Below, piece by piece: positions 58,301-64,000 of a stretch of DNA of 64,000 nucleotides. Every line of letters starts with the position of its first letter. The stretch's first letter is position 1. The stretch comes from the human T2T-CHM13v2.0 reference genome, Homo sapiens. A model generated the notes under the pieces. It was given only the letters and a program-made list of their open reading frames with translations, had not been told where the DNA came from and made no database searches. The DNA lies in the NCBI RefSeq assembly GCF_009914755.1, contig NC_060941.1; one strand, given 5' to 3'. The position numbers and the translations under genes were made by a program.

Positions 58301-60949
58301 AAATTAGAAGAGCAACCTCTGTTTTTAATTTGTTTGTTTGTTTGCTAGGTAGATTTTTCTCCATCCCTTTAATTTTTACCTATGGGTGTCATTATATGTG
58401 AGATGGATCTCTTGAAGACAGCATACAGTTGGGTCTCGCTTTTTAATCCAACTTGCCCCTCTGTCTTTCAATTGGATGTATTTAGCCCTTTTACTCAAGG
58501 TTAATATCGATATGCACAAATTTGATTCTGTCATTGTGTTGTTAGCTGGTTATTATGAAGACTTGGTTGTGTAGTTGCTTTATACTGTCAATAGTCTACG
58601 TACTTAAGTGTGTTTTCATGGTGGCCAGTAATGGCCTTTCATTTCCATATTTAGCACTCCCTTAAGGACTTCTTGTAAGGCACGTCTGATGGTAACAAAT
58701 TCCCTTAAAATCTGCTTGTTTGAGAGGGATTTTATTTCTCCTTTACTTAGGAAATATAGTTTGGGTAGATATGAAATTCGTGGTTGGAATGTCTTTTCTT
58801 TAAGATTGCTGAATATAGGACCCCAGTCTCTTCTGGCTTGTAGAGTTTCTACTGAAAGGTCTGCTGTTAGCCTGATTGGGTTCCCTTTGTAGTTAACCTG
58901 CCTTCTTCTCTTTAGCTGTCTTTCATATTTTTTCTTTCATGTCAACTTTGGAGAATCTGATGACTGTGTGTTTTGGGGATGGTCATCTTGTATAGTATCT
59001 CACAGGTGTTCTCTGCATTTCCTGAATTTGAATGTTGGCTGCTTTAGTGAGCTTGAGGTAATTTTCTTCAACAATATCCTCAAATATGTTTTCCAAGTTG
59101 CTTTATATTCCTCTCTTTCAGAGATGTCAATGAGTCCTCTATTTGGTCCCTTTACCTAATCCCATATTTCTCAGAGGTTTTGTTCATTCTTTTAAATTCT
59201 TTTGTCTTTACTTTTTTCCCAGTTGAGTTAATTCAGAGACCCAGACTTTGAGCTCGGAGAGTCTTTCCTCAGCTTGGTCTTTTCTGTTCTTAGTACTTGC
59301 AATTGTATTATGAAATTCTTGTAGTGAGTTTTTCAGTTCTGTAAAGTCAGTTTGGTTCTCTCTAAAAATGGCCATTTTCTCTTTCTGCTCTTGTATCATT
59401 TTATTGTATTCCTTAGATTCCTTGGATTGGGTTTCAACTTTATTCTGAATCTCAATGATCTTCTTTCCTATCCATGTTCTGAATTCCATATTTGTTATTT
59501 CATCCATTTCAGCCTGGTTAAGAGCTATTCCTGGGGAACTAGTGTGGTAGTTTGTAGGTAAGAAGACACTGGCTTTTTCAGTTGCTAGAGTTCTTGCACT
59601 GGTTCTTTCTCCTCTCTGTGTGTTGATGTTCCTTCAATCTTTGAAGTTGCTGTCCTTTGAATGGGGTTTTGCTTTTATCTTCTTTGGTGCCTTGGGGGTT
59701 TGATTGTGGCAACAGGTGGATTCAGTTGTCTGGCTTCATTTCTGGAAGACTTCAGGGGCCAAATCTCAGTTTAGCACTCCTGAGCTGTATGCTCTAACTC
59801 TGGGGGCCTGGTGCTAGGCCCTGTTTTGTTCTCTGGCCCCTTGCAGTAGTGGGGTAGTGGCACCATGTATGCGTTCACACTGGCAGCAGTGGAACAGTGA
59901 CATTCTTGCATGTGCTCACACTGATGGTGGTGGCAGCAGTGTTGCAATGGGAGTATAGTGCCAGTGGGGACAGGGCAATGGCATCTGTGCTCACACTCAT
60001 GCTGGTGGCAACAGTGTGGTGGGATGTCTGAATGTTGGCAGGAGTATGGCACTGGCAGAGGCAGGGTGGTGGGGGGAGTAGGGTGTGTGTTCACATGAGC
60101 ACAAGCAGGGGAAGGGAGGTGAGGTCCACACATTCATGTATGCCAGTAAAGCAGTTGGGGTGTGAGGTGTGAGTGAGTGAATGCCAGCAAACTGACATGG
60201 GGAGGCTGCAGTGCAGGAAGGCTGTGGGTGGCTGGTACACATTAGCACAGGCTGGCCAGCAGGAGCTACCTAACAGTTAGGCGGGGTCTTCTGATGAAGG
60301 AGCTATGATGAGGGCTCCTGGAAAGCACCCTGCTTGGGCATCTGAGGCTACGGTGCAAGCAGGCATGGCCAGGCTGGGCTGGGACCCTAGGAAAGGCTGG
60401 CACACAGGGGAGCACTCAGATCAGACTGGCACTGGCAAGACCACTGTTCTCTGCCCAGGTCCAAGAGTCACCCAAAGGCTAAAGTCTCCTAGAGGAACAT
60501 GGTGAGCCTTAGGGGATGGACATTCCTGGCCATGCTCCACTGCAGCTGTTTCCATGTCAAACCCTCTGATCTCTGCACAGCCTGAAGTCTTGTCTCTGCC
60601 ACCCCTCTAAGCAGCTCTCCCTGCTGGCTGAAGTGTCTGCGGGGTTCATGGGGTCTCCTACGGCTAGGATTCCAGAGGTCTGTGGCAAGAGTCAGCTACC
60701 CCTTGCCTGTTCAACTCACCCCTTCCCAAGGAGTTGCTGGGAGCCAGGAATTAGTCCCAGCACTCAGCAGCACTGTGCAGTGTTTCCAGCTTTCTCCCTC
60801 TTCAACCCAGTGTCTACATCCTCCCTCCATCAACTCTCAATGCCTTCCCTCCAAAGATCTGCTTGGAGTATACCTGTCTTCCAGACTGGCAGTCTCTCAT
60901 TGGTAGATGCTCCTCCTGGCTGTGTCCAGTTGGCCATCTTGGCTTCTGG
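52335..60949 (-). mobile_element. Full-length old primate L1 (L1PA13-16-like), ORFs disrupted, interrupted by an LTR
   Basis: ORF2p pieces ([26 protein letters not shown]; DLTDIYRTLHPKTTECTFFSSAHGTYSKI), ORF1p piece at 59208-59507, and a ~1.4 kb 5'UTR ending gccatcttgg. 11 bp TSD CCAAGGACTTT at 52280-52290 and 60950-60960. Confidence 0.95.
55927..58050 (-). mobile_element. MER52-family (MER52D-like) ERV1 solo LTR, 2.1 kb, GC-rich
   Basis: Minus-strand start tgagggcagtggcaggccatctggggcagctgctgccatcatgctggctgcag; AATAAA (tttatt) near 56313; 4 bp TSD TTTT; L1 endonuclease sequence resumes in register on both sides. Confidence 0.85.
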
Positions 60950-61023
60950 CCAAGGACTTTGAAAACAAGGATGTCTAAAACTTTCATTTTAACTTTTGTT
61001 TCTCTGTAATACAAATGCTTTCC

Positions 61024-61189
61024 AGCCAGGCACAAAGGCTCACACCTGTAATCCCAGCACTTTGGGAGGCTGATGCAGGATAATCACTCGAGGCCAGGAG
61101 TTTGAGGTTACAATGAACTATAATTATGACACTGTACTCCAGCCGGGGTGACAAAGTGAGACCTTGTCTCTAAAAATAAATAAATAAAT
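61024..61189 (+). mobile_element. Alu monomer (FRAM/FAM-like)
   Basis: Single ~150 bp monomer with (TAAA)n tail; TSD AAATGCTTTC on both sides. Confidence 0.85.
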
Positions 61190-61880
61190 AAATGCTTTCT
61201 ATCATCCCAATTTTCAAAAAGTCTACTAAGGGTACAAGATGTTGGCATGAAAGATTCTGGTGAAAATCAAAAACCTCATCATCTATATTGGTACCAAACA
61301 AAAGAAAAAGTACCAGCCAGGGGAATGAAATGAAAAAGAGAATTTAGGTTTATCAGAAAGAGAAATTTGTATATAGGAATAATCATGGAGCACATATATC
61401 CCTGGGAATTTGCAGAAAGTTGGGTTTGGGCATTACATTTGGGCTGATTTCAATAAGTGGGAACATGCATGTGTTGTGAGCGTGTGATTATGTATGTGTG
61501 TGTTCACCTTCCCAGTATGGGTCCTCGAGGATAAGGTAAGGACTAATGTTTCCTATGCTTACAGTACTCTCAGACATGTGCCCTCTCCATGGCTGATAGG
61601 TCCAAACGCACAAACAGAATTTGCCATACACTCCATACTCCTAAGCCTCATTCCCTGATATGCTCTCCCATACCAGAATCACCATACCCCACACAATGTC
61701 CTTTTTTCAGCTTTATTGGGGTATAACTGATAAATAAAAATCCTATAATTTCAAGGTATATGTTTTGATATACATTGTGAAATACCTTCCACAATCGAAT
61801 GAATTAACATGTCAGTCACCTCACAGTTACCTTTTTTTGTAGGTATAGTAAGAACAAATTTCAAGTATGCAATACATTAT

Positions 61881-62262
61881 TAATATGGTTAGGCTTTGTG
61901 TCTCCACCCAAATCTTATCTTGAATTATAATCCCCATAATCCACACGTGTCGAGAGAGAGAGACCAGGTGGAGGTGATTGGATCATGGGGGCGGTTTCCC
62001 CCATGCTGTCCTCATGATAGTGAGGGAGTTCTCAGGAGATCTGATGGTTTTGTAAGTGTTTGGTAGTTCCTTTCGCGTTAATTTTTCCTTCCTGCCACCT
62101 TGTGAAAAAGGTGCCTTGCTTCCCCTTTGCCGTCTGCCATGATTGTAAGTTTCCTGATGCCTCCTCCATCATGCTGAACTGTGAGTCCATTAAACCTCTT
62201 TCCTTTATAAATTACCCAATTTCATGCAGTTCCTTATAGCAGTGTGAGAACGGACTAATATA
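61881..62262 (+). mobile_element. THE1D-like solo LTR inserted in a minus-strand L1MA/B 3' end (61702-62357)
   Basis: Complete LTR to ggactaatata; L1 sequence aatacattat|taactacagtcaccatgctg is continuous across it. Confidence 0.92.
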
Positions 62263-62409
62263 ATTAACTACAGTCACCATGCTGTGCAGTAGATCTCCAG
62301 AACTTTTTCATTTTATAACTGCAAGTCTGTACCCCCTGCCCAACATCTCCCATTTCAGGAAGGACCACAGTTATTCTCAGTTATTTTTTTTATCTACCAC
62401 TCTTCCCCA

Positions 62410-62525
62410 CCAAGACTGTGGGTACAGACAACATAGACCCTGGGGAGTTTCATCTTGGGTCCCCCGAGCACAGAGCATGGTGCCTTGTTCTTAGGAAGTG
62501 CTTAATAAATATTTGGTGAATGACT
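62410..62525 (+). mobile_element. L2 3' end
   Basis: agcacagagcatggtgcct...taggaagtgcttaataaatatttggtgaatga. Confidence 0.7.
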
Positions 62526-63646
62526 AACTCAAGATCTCCCCTTCTTGGTAGGTTTAATCATCTGGTTCTTACAAAATGTCAGATGTGGATGCCTTGACTA
62601 GTTAGCTCCCTTTAGCATAGAGATTCTCAAACCTGTCTTTATGCTGGAATCATCTGAGGGTTTTAACAATTATTGAAATCTGGATTTCACCCACTTCATC
62701 CTCATTTAAGTGGTTTTGCTGCAGCTTGGGTGTGGGGACCTTGGAAGCCTCCTCAGCTGGTGCTGATGTGCAGCTGTGTTGAGAAGCCTGGTCTAGAGTT
62801 CAGTGTCTTGCTTGGGCTCATTTTCTTCTTTTCATTCTCACTACTGATTGTTGCTGGCTTTTCTTTTTTTCAAGGCCAGTCTTGCAGAGCTGTCTACAAA
62901 TAAAATCATAGATGTGAAAGCACTTTAAGGAAGTTAAAAGTGTGTTGGAACTATCTGATTAATATAGGAATATCTCCTGAATTGGATTTGGCTTTCTAAG
63001 CCCTAAGTGAGGTCATTTAACTTTCTTCCTCAGTAGAAACTAGTAAGGAACTAATAAAGGACAACAGTGGAGCGTTATGGTTTCTTGGGAGTAATGTGCT
63101 TTTGTTCCTCCTCCCAATAGCTACCTAGGCGGCAGGAGTGGGATGTGAGAAAAGAAGGATGGAGACATTCAACTATGACTCTGTGCTGACTTTTTCTCCA
63201 CTGATTTCCTTGGAATTAAAAAAACAGTCACCCTCCCTCACCAATCCCCCACCTCCATTCCATACGTGTGGCAAAAGGTCAAGCAGCTCTGAGATCATGG
63301 GCAAAGAGCAGACATCAGGGCCCTTCTCACAGGCCCATCTCAAAGCTGCTCCCTCTCGAGATGGTGCCCTGGGAGCTCTTCTTTACTCAGTGTCAGTTAA
63401 GTCATGATGCAGAAAACCTCAGAAGCTTAGAGGACTGGGTGTCCACTGCTCCCTGGAGACACTCTACTATTTTCTCTGTTCTCTTAGCACTTGCCATGAC
63501 AGATGGCTCTTCCCTAGAAGTACCACAGGCCATCCTCTTCGGGTCACTTTCTAACCTCTCAACCTATGGTTAACATTTTAAATTAACATCCTTTTGGTCT
63601 TTCTTCTTTGGTGGATATGACTTCACAAACACACACACATGTAGAC

Positions 63647-64000
63647 TGATATGGTTTGGCTGTGTCCTCACCCAAATCTCATCTTGAATTATAGCTCCCA
63701 TAATCCCCACATGTCGTGAGAGGGACCCAGTGGGAGGTAACTGAATCATGAGGGTGGGTTTCTTCTGTGCTGTTCTCGTGATAGTGAATAAGTCTCATGA
63801 GATTTGATGGTTTTATTAAGAGCAGTTCCCCTGCACACATTCTCTTGCTTGCACACATTCTCTTGCTTGCTGCCATGTAAGATATGCCTTTGCTTCTCCT
63901 TTTCCTTCCTCCATGACTGTGAGTCTTCCCTAGCCATGTGGAACTCTGAGTCCATCAAACCTCTTTTTCTTTATAAATTATTCAGTCTCAAGTATATCTT
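63647..64000 (+). mobile_element. THE1 (B/C-like) LTR running off the window end
   Basis: tgatatggtttggctgtgtcc start; contains an 18 bp tandem duplication at 63832-63867. Confidence 0.93.

Overview
Primate (very probably human) non-coding DNA, intergenic or deep intronic, made up mostly of interspersed repeats. I find no supportable host protein-coding gene, structural RNA gene, CRISPR array or prokaryote-type system. The only ORFs in the track I can assign are broken LINE-1 ORF1/ORF2 pieces. The rest are Alu/LTR read-throughs or look like chance ORFs. Main elements: two long minus-strand L1PA copies (20.5-25.0 kb, 5'-truncated with a ~1 kb internal deletion; 52.3-60.9 kb, full length and interrupted by a 2.1 kb MER52-like LTR), an MST MaLR remnant, and a decayed hAT (Blackjack-like) transposase hosting an LTR16/ERVL provirus with further nested insertions. 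There are also about 8 Alus, four THE1 LTRs, MLT1/MST solo LTRs, and MER, MIR and L2 fragments. Subfamily names come from my recall of consensus sequences, not from a search. I could not support a novel biological system. The most unusual signals are a 170 bp TSD-flanked mini-L1 (5'UTR fused to the 3' end plus a transduced tag), an unexplained pre-miRNA-sized hairpin at 12.0 kb, an unexplained 52 bp dispersed duplication, two MADE1 halves 3.5 kb apart, and several fold-back templated-insertion scars.
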